Positions 53,111-64,000 of a stretch of 64,000 nt of DNA are shown here, in pieces (the stretch's first letter is position 1; each line of letters starts with the position of its first letter). The DNA is from Negaprion brevirostris. Taxonomy: Eukaryota. The stretch is from positions 70,146,739 through 70,210,738 of the forward strand of contig JARDVH010000193.1 of the NCBI GenBank assembly GCA_030324005.1, read 5' to 3'. The notes below the pieces were generated by a model. It searched no databases and was not told the DNA's origin. It worked only from the letters and a program-made list of their open reading frames with translations. Made by a program: the position numbers and the translations under genes.

Positions 53111-54559
53111 ACCCATCTGAAAGTTACCCACCATAAATTGTAGCATGTAAGGCGACACCATTTTTCAGGCCCCAAAAAGTTGTGTTTTTACATATACTTA
53201 GTGTATAAGTTGACTCCCCTTTTCAGCTATTTTCTCATTAGTTGTCAACCTTAATTTTTTACTCCGCGTTCTATTTACGGAGCTTTTAACTAAATGCAAG
53301 GGAACAAGCAGCTGATATTGACAGTGTTGCAAAGGTGCATTTGATTTTAAAAGATCCCCACTCTGCGGCAGGTGTTCATAATCTTTCAAAATGGTGACCA
53401 ACTGTGCTGGCGATTTTCTTTTATAGTTAATGTCTGAGTTGGCCTTCGTTTTTGGAGGGATTTTTCAAAACTTCAACTGTCGACTTGTACACTGACAATG
53501 GCAGAATTTGTCCTAACTTTGTTTTTTGTTAGCGAATACTTACCACAGTGCCCCCCCCACACCAATATCATGAAGTTGTATGCAATAAATTTGTATGTGA
53601 CATTTTATTGAATGTATTTGGTAATTCAAGTATACAACATCTACTTTTTCCTTTTTATCTACTGCTTCTCTTTTATCCACTGTGCTCATAACATTCTCAA
53701 AGAACTAATGAATTAGTCAAGTCTGTAATGAATTTGTCCACAAATTTGTCTTTTTTCTTTGCACAAAGCACATTCTGATGAATGGTTTAGTTCCTCATGT
53801 TTTATTACCAATGCGATGNNNNNNNNNNACCATCCTCTTAATGCTGCATTGTTCCTCTTGAAGGAATTGTTGGAACTGCTTGAAAGAAAATTTAATTCCT
53901 TTCATGCTGCATTTGAAAGGCAACATTGCTAACAGCTTCAGCAAATATTTCACCATTTTGAAATGAGCAAAGTAGCTAACTTTGCAATGTTGGTAACATA
54001 TGAGTTGATCCACCACAGAGACACAGCATAATGCATCTTTCAAATCCATGAATACTTGTTGAAAGTCATTTTCAAGCCAGAGTTGTATGTCATGTGATTC
54101 TGGTGTATGAGATACTGAGATTTGTAAGCACTTGAAACTTATCCGATGCTGTTTCCAGTTTTTAGTCCTTAATAAACTGGGAATAGCAAAATGACTTGCC
54201 TTTACTTAAGATTATGTTGATTAATGTTTCCTATTGGCTCACTGTGAGGTTTGTAATAATGCCAGAAGAGATTTCTGATTGCCTTTCTGATTTTGAGACC
54301 AAGCCGCTATGAAATATCTAACGAAAATTGGAAGCTTTCATATTTTTCTAATTTAATCCATAATGTTTCCAAAATGATTTTCTGGAGAGTTAAGCAATAG
54401 TTAAATGACCAGTGATATTTAGTACTGTATTTTCAAAGTTCACTTGCCCCTTGATTCTATTCAGTAAATTTTTGGTATTGGCATATGGAATAATTTTTTG
54501 TTATTATGAGTCTACTGCCGCGATGCAGCTGCAGAGAGAAAGAACAGTGTTGACCAGGA

Positions 54560-54952
54560 CTCAGTAGTAATACTCTTTATTCTAAGGCAGAAAGTTTTGG
54601 ATTGAAAGCTTAGGAACATGAGCAATCGATCTAGGTTGACTACTCCAGTTCACTACTGAGAATATTGCACTGTCAAAGATGCTGTCTCTGGATTGAGCTG
54701 TGAAAGTTGAGCCACAGTCTGCTCTCTCAACTGGATGTAAAATATCTTATTTCCTCTTCAGTGAGGGGATCTTCTCCCAGATGTCTTGCCTGCTTTTAAC
54801 CTTAAAGCAGATTGTTGGTTATTGTGTGTAGGATCTTGCTATGCAAAAATTGGCAGTTCTGCATCATCATAGTAATTACGCTTAAAGTGCATAATTGGGT
54901 GCAAAGTTCTTTAGAATGTCCAGAGGTCATAGAATATTATATAACTGGAAGT
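54560..54952 (+). mobile_element. Old Deu-domain-like SINE
   Basis: tctaggttgactactccagt...tactgag...ttgcactgtcaaagatgctgtc. Confidence 0.5.
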
Positions 54953-57900
54953 ACTTGTCCAGGTTGAGACAGGAAGGAAAATATAAATACATATGTGTCA
55001 ACCAGATTATTCTAAAATGACCATTTTGGCATAGCTTTACCCTGACTAGTCATGACTCATACCAGAGGACTTTCTAACCTCCAGACAGACTGGTAAAGTT
55101 TAATTATCTTTAAAACAAATGGCATTAGTGGCCTTCCCTAGAGCTGCACAAAACTTATTTATATTTCTAAAAAAAAATTCTGGTCACCAGAGATCCTGTG
55201 TTTCCAAGGACAAAGGCAGCTATTTGTGACTAATATCCAATGTGCGGTCATGGCCCTACTGTTACCTGCTCCAAAACACAATGGGTTTCAACTATGGGTC
55301 TCATTTGTCAATCTAAAACTACACTATCACATTACTGAGACTTGGATTGTCTGAATTCATTTAACTAATAAGCTGTAGGACCATGTCGTCAGTTTCTTTT
55401 TGAAGTCTGAGGGGAAACTGTAACTCCAAGCAACAACTTGTCATTGTCTACGATCTTACCATTGAAATGGCAGCAGCGGAAAGATTTCTGTGCAGGTACA
55501 ATTGCTTGATCCACATCTATACTGTGAGCTAGTGGGACTTTGGAGTCTGTGCCTTAAGATTATTTCCACTCTACATGTCTTCGCTCCTCATGGAATGCTC
55601 ACTTCTGGAAAGAGGGATCATTCTGTGATAGTAATCCAATCTACTCTTGGAATAAATATTCCATTAGACATTAGATTCTGGACTTGCATAAAATCATAAC
55701 TTGTATCTTTTATTGTGGTCCGACCCTATATTGCCCTTATCCTTTTTTACCGTGTAAGTGCATAAACAGGTGGCCACTGCGAAACCTCTTCTGCGTTAAC
55801 ACTTTTATTTTATCTTATCTCGCTTTTGCTGTGCAAGCTATTCATAGAAGTTTGGGATATTCCATTTTTAAGGCAAATATGCCACCACTTATAAAGGAAA
55901 GAAATCAAAAATAAAAATTCTGTTTGTGGACAGGCTGTGAGAGGAGAAATCAGAGCTGTTTAAATTAACCCCCCTCCTTTCTATAACATCTTTTAATATG
56001 TTACAGAACGATATGAGACTTTTATGCAGAATGGCAGATGCACATGGGGTTCATGTTACTATCTCCACTTACACTGGAAACAGATTAAAAGTTTCATCTC
56101 CCAACTTGTGCTGGAAAGTTCTGCCACTTTTCAATGTGCTCTCAGGCTAATTTACGTTTACTTTCTTTTCACTTTTATAATGTTACAAAGAAAACTTTTT
56201 TTTCTACATCTATTCTTGGATTTAAAATTGAATTTGAATTTACTTGCCTCACATGGTCCAGCCAGTTCCCTCACAGTCATGTTCTCCCTTGGTTTCCCTG
56301 AGCTTTCCTTCTGAGTGTGATTCTTCTAGCTTGCCATGCTCCAATTGATTCTCTATTTTGGCATTTGCTGCTTTGTTATGCCCAACCATGTTATTTTTGG
56401 ATTAATTTTAATTGTTCCTTTGGTCTTTATTAAGAGTCACGGTCCACTTCAACCACACCCTTCCCTCCACCATGCAACACATTAGTTATTGGCACCAAAT
56501 TCCATATGCAATCCTGATGTGCATCAGGCCCAACCCAATAGTAATGTTGTATGCGATGTAAACTTGAGTTTGAACTGATTTTCCATTAGATCCTCATCCT
56601 AATGTTTTCTATACATGGAACTGTATTACAGAACCTCAGTTTAATTAAAGCTAGAAATAAATTATGCACAAAAGCCTTCTCGATGCACTTCTCTCTGGGA
56701 ATTACAAATGCCACGTTCACTTTTTGTCTATATTTCCAGGTCACTTAACAGTTACCTTGGATTTGCTTGCTCTTCTGTAGTATGCCGATTAATATTAAAT
56801 TTTCCAAAGCAGCTATTGTGCTACTATTAGAAAATGTTTCAGCTGGGACTATGAAGCAAAGTTCAGTTTTATACATACATTCCATAAAATAACACCCTAA
56901 TTTTACAACAGGCTTTATTAATGGTAAATGGGTTTGATAATTAAATAATCTGAAATGAAGTGGATGGAGCTTTTGTTCGGGAACTGGGGCTTAAGTTCCG
57001 GATCTTGAGTGCTTCGGATTCCATCAGCCATGAATAAATTCTGCTTGAGAGAGAAAAATGCATCATCATAATGAAATTATAGCTTTTACTTTACTTATTT
57101 GGAACAGCAATGCATAGGCAGAAAGTTTACAACTTACTGAGGGGTGTGGCTAATGAGGCAGGTGGAATGGGGGAAGGCAGCAATATCATATATAACTTTA
57201 ACTTCTGCTGTGCCATAAAAGCAAAATCAGAGCCAAAAACGTTTTTTTACACATTGTGTTGTTGGCGAAGATTGAATTTTGGCGTAGGCGATGGAGAGGC
57301 ATGTTTGGTGTACTTTGGTGCTGAGCCCAGATGACATGGCCTCTGCATGACAGCCAAATCATGATGAGTAAGCACTTGGTCAGGCATTGGTTACTGGAGC
57401 CTGAGCAATGGAGAAAATCTTCCCACTTGATGCTGTATCAAAAACAGCTTCAAAAAATTGTACAAATTAACAATTAGGGGACAATACTAAACAGTGTGTA
57501 AACAACCAAGGAGAAATGTATTATTTTTGTGGGGGAAGAATAGAAAGTAAATAAATGGAGTACTTGTATTCTGAAAATCCATTGTGGAAATTGAAGCAAA
57601 AAAAGTGTTAGAATGCAAATAATTGAGAACGTAGGGTTTTGGAGAAAGGAGGTAAAATATAGCTACTTTGTATATTCAGAATTTGTAAAGTACTATCTAA
57701 ATATACTGTAGATATTATATCTGCAACGTCTGAACCTTTTAGCATGAGATATAGAATATTTCTATCTTGGGCCATTCATGTAATCTATTGTTTGAATAAA
57801 TTTGTTATATCTTGATTTAATTTAAACTGCAACAAATCATGGTAAACATCAGACACATTCAAAGGTCTCTGTTTATCTTCCAGTATTGCAGTGTGAGGTC

Positions 57901-59485
57901 TTGCAGGCAGTTTTACTCTGAGCCATTTCAGTTAGCAGGCAGCCTTAGTGATGTCATACAAAATTGTTATTCTAACCTTGCATGTTTTTGATTTTCTTTT
58001 CAATCTACGCACATAGAATTTGTCATAGTTCAGAGTTTAGAATGTAACGTAGTTGTCTGTATACTGTACTGAATTTAGTTTAAAAAAATGTTTTGCTGCA
58101 AAATACAGTTCAAAAATTTTAAATGGAGCTGCAATCTTTTGTTGGCCATGCATCACATTCCTTGTGCATCCTGAGTGTAGATCTCTTGAGATTTTCTGTT
58201 ACAGCGAACTAGAAAGCACTTGGGGTCAGAAAAGAAGGAAGGAAGAAAGACTCACATTTCTATAATGCCTTTCGTGACCTCAGGACATCCCAAAATGCTT
58301 TACATCCAGTTTAGTGCTTTTGAAGAGCACTCACTTTTGAAATAATGTGGAATAATCACTCTGGAAACTTTGGAATATGGTAGCTTACGTCTGCAGCAGT
58401 GTTGCTGAAATGCAAAGTTTGAATATTTTGAGCGAGGCAATTATACCTTATGCTGATCGGTTCATCAAAATCTTTTGGTCCAATTTCTGTCTTGTAGGAG
58501 ATACTTCTGCCTACTAATTTATATAGGAAACACTAATGTATAGTTATGAATCTTGGTTTGTTCTGAGAACTTTCCAATTAGTTAATTTCTATTCTGTCTC
58601 TTGATGCATTAAGGTACAAATCTTGAATCTTCCCTTTCTAATACAGATGTAAGGGGATTTGCATCATGGTTGCTTCTTGTAGTCTGTGCTTAAAACACAG
58701 GTGCAAAAAATGGGTTTGGGGCAGTGCATGTTTGTTCTGATGGTTTCCTGCTTCTTCCAAGTGTAATGTTGGAAACTGCATTCATCTACAGGCAGATTGT
58801 GTGCCTGTGAACTATTGAGGTCTACCAATTGTAGTTGAAGGGCAACTATCTCACAGATCATTAAAATATTTGTCAAAAAGATCAAGCAATCAGACCATTC
58901 CAATCAATTCAACTGTGCTATGTAATTGATGATCGTTTACTTAACATATTACGAGGGATATAATTTCAAGTGTCCTTTGCATCTTTGAAGAATGTTGAGC
59001 AGCACATCTGTGACAGATTTTGTGCATAGTTGCATCCTCTGTTTCCCTTTCAAACGTTATACTGAACTCAGTTGTATTTTGATCACTATTAGATAAACAT
59101 TCACACTCCATTAGGTTGTTAATAAACCTGGCTCGTTACTAAATCTAATATGGCATGCCCCCATTGTTGGTTCTAGAACATATAGCTGAAGAAAATGTCC
59201 TAAATACACAAGAAATTTGCAAACCTTCAGACAAGTGGTAGCCTGCTTATCCCAATCTATACGAAAGTTAATATTTCCTTTTAGAATTACTCCTCCTTTG
59301 CTACATGCTTGTGCTGTCTATCTTTCCTATTGATTTCAACCTGGTATATTTAGGTGTCAGTCTTGACTATCTTGTTGCAACGTCTCAGTAATGGCCACTT
59401 TCTACATGGTTCCTTGTATTCCTTGCATTTGGGCAAAAGAATGCTTATTTGGGCTACACTCCCTAACCAATCCTTGTGCTCAGAC

Positions 59486-59697
59486 AAAAACAGAAAATGG
59501 TGGAGAGACTTAGCAGGTCTGACAGCATCTGTGGGGAGAATAGAGCCAACTTTTCGAGTCTAGATGACCCTTCATAAGAGCACATCCAGACAAGAAACAT
59601 TGGCTTGATGCTTTCTCTGCAGATGTTATCAGACCTGCTGAGTTTCTCCAGCATTTTCTGTTTTTATTTCAGATTCCAGCATCTGCAATATTTTGCC
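59486..59697. repeat. Fold-back repeat with ~65 bp inverted arms (Penelope-derived or MITE-like)
   Basis: 59486-59549 is an imperfect reverse complement of 59600-59665; related pieces at ~24730-24865, ~26280-26378 and ~44582-44688. Confidence 0.75.
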
Positions 59698-60566
59698 TGT
59701 CCTTGTGCTATATTGTTTTACTCACATTTCCTATTTCTTTCCTGTTTTAATTAATTCCCATCAGATCGTTTTCCCCTTATGTGTGATGCCAAATGGACAA
59801 TTTATGACTGTTACTTTGTTTGTTTCCCTTTTTTTTTTCAAACTATTTTTGTTGCATTTCCTCCTGATTTTTTTTTCCCCCACTCCTCCCTACCCACATG
59901 TTAGTTTAAAACCCTCGTGACTGACCCTTTTTTTTCCACAGAGCTCAGGTCCAAACCCAGTCTAGGTGGACCTGCTTCCTGTCCTACTGCCAGTGTCCCA
60001 TGAACCTCTACTTCTCACATTATTACTTCAGCCTCACTCAGCCTGTTCATCTCTCTAAGTTGCTTATCCCTACACTTGTTTGCATATGACTCTGGTAATA
60101 ATCAAGGGATTTATTATCCTTGCGTTCCTGATCTTTGAGTTTAGCTCCTTTGTTCCTGGCAGTCTCCAAATAGGACTCTTGCTTGCTTTGCATTTGTTGG
60201 TCCCATCATGGATCACAATGACTGGGTTCTCTCCTTCCTTCCCCTCTCTCTCCTCTCTTTCTGCTTCTTTTCAGATCCTCCTTGCTACCCACTGCTTTTG
60301 AGTAGACCCTCAGATTTTCTCCTCCTCTAGCTCAGTATGAAGTAATGAAGTGCTCTGTGATTGTTAAAAATATGTAAATATATTAAACGTGTAAGTTATT
60401 TTGTGATGTTGTGTTGCATATGTCCAGCATGAACACATGAGGGCAGTAAGCGTGTAAAATTGAATGAGCCAATGAACAGAAACTGCAGTCATTTGGAATT
60501 GGTTTTATGATTAACTGAAAAATTCATCAATTTGTCTTTGCTAATTAAATTGTCTTAAATTTACAG

Positions 60567-60656
60567 ATAATTGATAAGAGCAAACGAGACCCTTCAGAGG
60601 AGATTGAGATACTTATGCGCTATGGACAGCATCCAAACATCATTACTTTGAAAGAT
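60567..60656 (+). CDS. RPS6KA6: RSK exon 16 (90 nt): [30 protein letters not shown]
   Basis: cag / gtaagc boundaries, phase 0-0. Confidence 0.95.
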
Positions 60657-61461
60657 GTAAGCTCATAGTTTAATTCGAATTGCTTTTGTAACTTGCGACA
60701 TTTTTAAAGGCTAATATTGCAGGACACCCTGTTCCGGATGTTTCTTTTTACATTCCTTTCATCTATTAAACAGGGTTCAAAGAATCCAAAGCAATCTGCT
60801 TTCTATTTGTTTAATTGAGTTTCTGAATCAGACTGTAACAGTCGACTTGCTTGAAGATATATTGCTGTTACATCCTTGTTGCTGGGTCACTACCCTGGAA
60901 CTCCATACCTATATACTTAACACCATTGTGGGAACAATTTCACTACAAGGACCACAGTGGCTCAAAGGGCAGACCCACCACCCAGTCAGAGCAAATAGGG
61001 ATGGGCAGTGCATACTGACATTGAGTTCAAATTGTAGTGAGTAGTTTGTATCTGTAATGAAAGTGACTCAAATGGCCTGTGGAAGCGGTTAATACAAACC
61101 TCTTAACATTTGCAGTACCTTGTTTATGTTGATACAATGCAAATCCACATCTTGTGCCTGTCTTCACGTTAACATCTAGAGATCCTGTACGCAATGGTTA
61201 TTGTGAATGTATTGACTGTCATTCTCAAAAGGTTTAATCTTAGCGCCAACTTGTACTGTCCTGATTTTGTTTGATTAACACTTTATCATACCTTGTATGG
61301 GAGCCATAAAAATGATAGTATCAATGCTCTTTTCCCCCACCCCACCAGCCCCAACTACACTCCCACTCCCATTTGGACTACAGTCAGAAACTGGTGTCAT
61401 ATCATTATTTTTGGATTGACTTGAAAAGTAGCAATATAACTCTACCTTCACAAGCTTGTAC

Positions 61462-61775
61462 CATAAAATCTACAGTGCAGAAAGAGGCCATTTGGCCCAT
61501 CGGGCCTGAACCACCAACAGTCCCGCTCAGGCCCTACGCCTGTAACCCCATATATTTACCTTACTAATCCACCTGACAAACTAAGGGGCAATTTAACATG
61601 GCCAGTCATTCGAACCCGCACACCTTTGGACAGTTGAGGAAACTGGAGCGCTCGGAAGAAACCAACACCGACACCGGGAGTGCAAACTTCACACAGCCAC
61701 CCAAGGCTGGAAGTGAACCTGGGTCCCTGGTGCTTTGAGGCAGCAATGCTAACCATTGTGCCACCATGTTGCCCC
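61462..61775 (-). mobile_element. tRNA-derived SINE (HE1-like)
   Basis: gaggccatttggccc...ctaaggggcaattt...gcagcaatgctaaccattgtgccacc. Confidence 0.82.
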
Positions 61776-62747
61776 AATGTCAATAAAGGGAATCCCTGTT
61801 GAAAAATTGTAGCTAGCAAGAGTTGGGATACACTTTCCTGTGACTTTACCTTTAGAATGGTGTCCAATGCATGACCTTATAGAATGAGTCCAATTATAAC
61901 GGATAGTGTGCCATTGTTTGATTTTGGTCGTTCTTGAATTATGTGACTCCCACCCTGTCAGGTTCCCTCACCCCCACCCCCAACCATAATCATTACTTGG
62001 GTATTGGCATTTAAGGTGTATACAAAGAACATGCAAGCCCTAATGCAAAATTTATGCTATATCTATCCAATTGTTGAACAAATATGTAAAGAGAAATGTT
62101 CTTCAAAAGCAGTGGAATCTGGGTTCTGGGATGGGCCAGGTGATGTGGTAGAGCAGTATGCTGGACTTTGTCGAGTAGGGAACATGGGCTACAGGAATAT
62201 GGGGGGGGGGGGGTACGGGGCAGGGCACTGGACTCTGGGGTAGAGGGCATAGGCTGTTGGACTTTGGGGAGAGTTGGAGCACTGTTGGACTCTGAATGTT
62301 CATGACTGAATTATCTGTGATAATGATCGTGTGTGCAAATGAATTTTGCTTGTATATGCAACTGCATAAATTCTCATATATAAATAAATTCTGGCTATTT
62401 TTATTCAATTGATTTTAAAAATGCACACCTGGCTTTTCCCAAAAATACCATCATCTCTGTGTTATGTATGTATGTGAGCTTAAACTACCATGGGATTGAG
62501 CTTTATATTGGGTGGGATCTTACAGCCTTGCTTGGGTGAAACCGGAAATTCCCACCTGCAGTGAGTGGAGATTTCTGTTGTCGGACCTTCACCCACATTG
62601 ATTCAGTGACAGGTGAGGTGGTAAAGTTATGGCCAGTGGGTCCAAATAATGTTGTAAACATGTTTGTTAAATTTAAAGTTTCTTCAGGAATGACCTTGTT
62701 GCAAGACAGTTTAACATAATTTGTTGTTGGCTGTTTTGCATGCACAG

Positions 62748-62906
62748 GTTTATGATGATGGCCGGTATGTTTACCTTGTCACTGAACTATTGAAAGGAGG
62801 CGAGTTGCTTGATCGACTCCTTCGACAGAAGTACTTCTCTGAACGGGAAGCCAGTGCTGTGCTATTCACAATAACAAAAACAGTAGAATATCTTCACTGT
62901 CAAGGG
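62748..62906 (+). CDS. RPS6KA6: RSK exon 17 (159 nt): [53 protein letters not shown]
   Basis: cag / gtaagt boundaries; matches ORF 62721..62918. Confidence 0.96.
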
Positions 62907-63777
62907 GTAAGTCATTAAGCTTACAGCAAATCATAATTCCTTAGAGCCTTAATCTATATGTGTAACATAATTCTCTTTCATGTTTTTGCTTCAGCGTTAA
63001 AAATGCACATCTAGAGAAAATACTTTAGGATTCTTTGTCTTAGCTAACTTGAATACAGCACCTTGCTTTTTCTTTTAATTCTTTAAATGCAAAGCCAGTA
63101 TTTGTTGCTCATCCTCTGAGAAGATAGTGATGAACCTATAAGGGAACCTTGCTGAAATTTCTTTCATATTGCACACAGTGACTTTTTAGAAAGGAAGTGT
63201 AACAACTAGGAGAAGGGAATAGGCCATGCAGCCCCTTGAGCCTCTTCTATCACTCAGTGGCTAAACCTCTGCTTCAGCTCCACTTTCTTACTGTACCTCT
63301 ATATTCCTAGATTCCCTTAGTGCCCAACAATCTAAAGCTAGAGCATTATATATTTACTTATTTCAAATTAAGTTAGCTGGATTTGGACCTTGTGTTACTA
63401 CTGTGTTCTGAGGAGTCTGCTAGTTTGTGTGTATATTCATTCAAGTTGCAACATTTCACAAATGTGAATTATTTAATTTATTCCAACATTCATTTTTAGT
63501 AAATGAATTTGTGACCTTTTTCTCTGCAGAAGGGGTTTTCGTAACAAAACCTACTGCCAATGTTCCCTTTTACTGATCCACAATCATGCATAGACTTTGA
63601 AAATGTTAACCTGTAACAAATGCAAAGTATGTTCTGTTTGGACTGCAGAAATTCATCAAGAGGAATCCTCTCTCTATAAAACTTGCTGCAACTTTTGGTA
63701 ATGTTCCTGTAATGTAAATGATGTTTTAGTGTTCCAGGTGAGCTGTGTGAATAATTTGTGGTTTTTTGTATTTAAAG

Positions 63778-63939
63778 GTTGTGCACAGGGATTTAAAGCC
63801 AAGCAATATTTTGTATATGGATGAATCTGGTGATCCTGAATCTATCCGGATATGTGACTTTGGCTTTGCTAAACAGCTGCGTGGTGAGAATGGCCTGCTC
63901 ATGACCCCGTGTTACACAGCCAACTTCGTGGCTCCTGAG
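63778..63939 (+). CDS. RPS6KA6: RSK exon 18 (162 nt): [54 protein letters not shown]
   Basis: [14 protein letters not shown]-site TP, APE; aag / gtatgc. Confidence 0.96.
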
Positions 63940-64000
63940 GTATGCCAACAATCCTCCTCACCTGTTGCATTTAAAGAAACTAATACTTTACTGATAAATT

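Noticed and set aside
63730-63743. tag|TGTTCCAG|gtgagc micro-exon candidate
   Set aside because: 8 nt would frameshift and the following intron would be only 40 nt.

Overview
Vertebrate nuclear DNA, almost certainly a cartilaginous fish (shark-type tRNA-derived SINEs, CR1/L2/Rex1/Penelope fragments), from a gapped draft assembly. The window lies inside one large + strand gene for a p90 ribosomal S6 kinase. I reconstructed 16 coding exons by hand (16853-63939, equivalent to exons 3-18 of human RSK genes) that splice into one reading frame apart from one exon cut by an N-gap. They cover the N-terminal AGC kinase, the linker and most of the C-terminal CaMK-type kinase. Diagnostic residues favour RSK4 (RPS6KA6). 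Nearly all ORFs in the supplied track are spurious or repeat-derived. The most unusual points are two consecutive GC-AG introns flanking the alphaC-helix exon, a CpG-retaining segment of about 5 kb just upstream of exon 3, two decayed Harbinger transposons, and several hairpin-forming inverted repeats. I found no convincing evidence for a wholly new biological system. Exon coordinates are exact to my reading; repeat boundaries are approximate and family names come from recalled motifs, not database searches.
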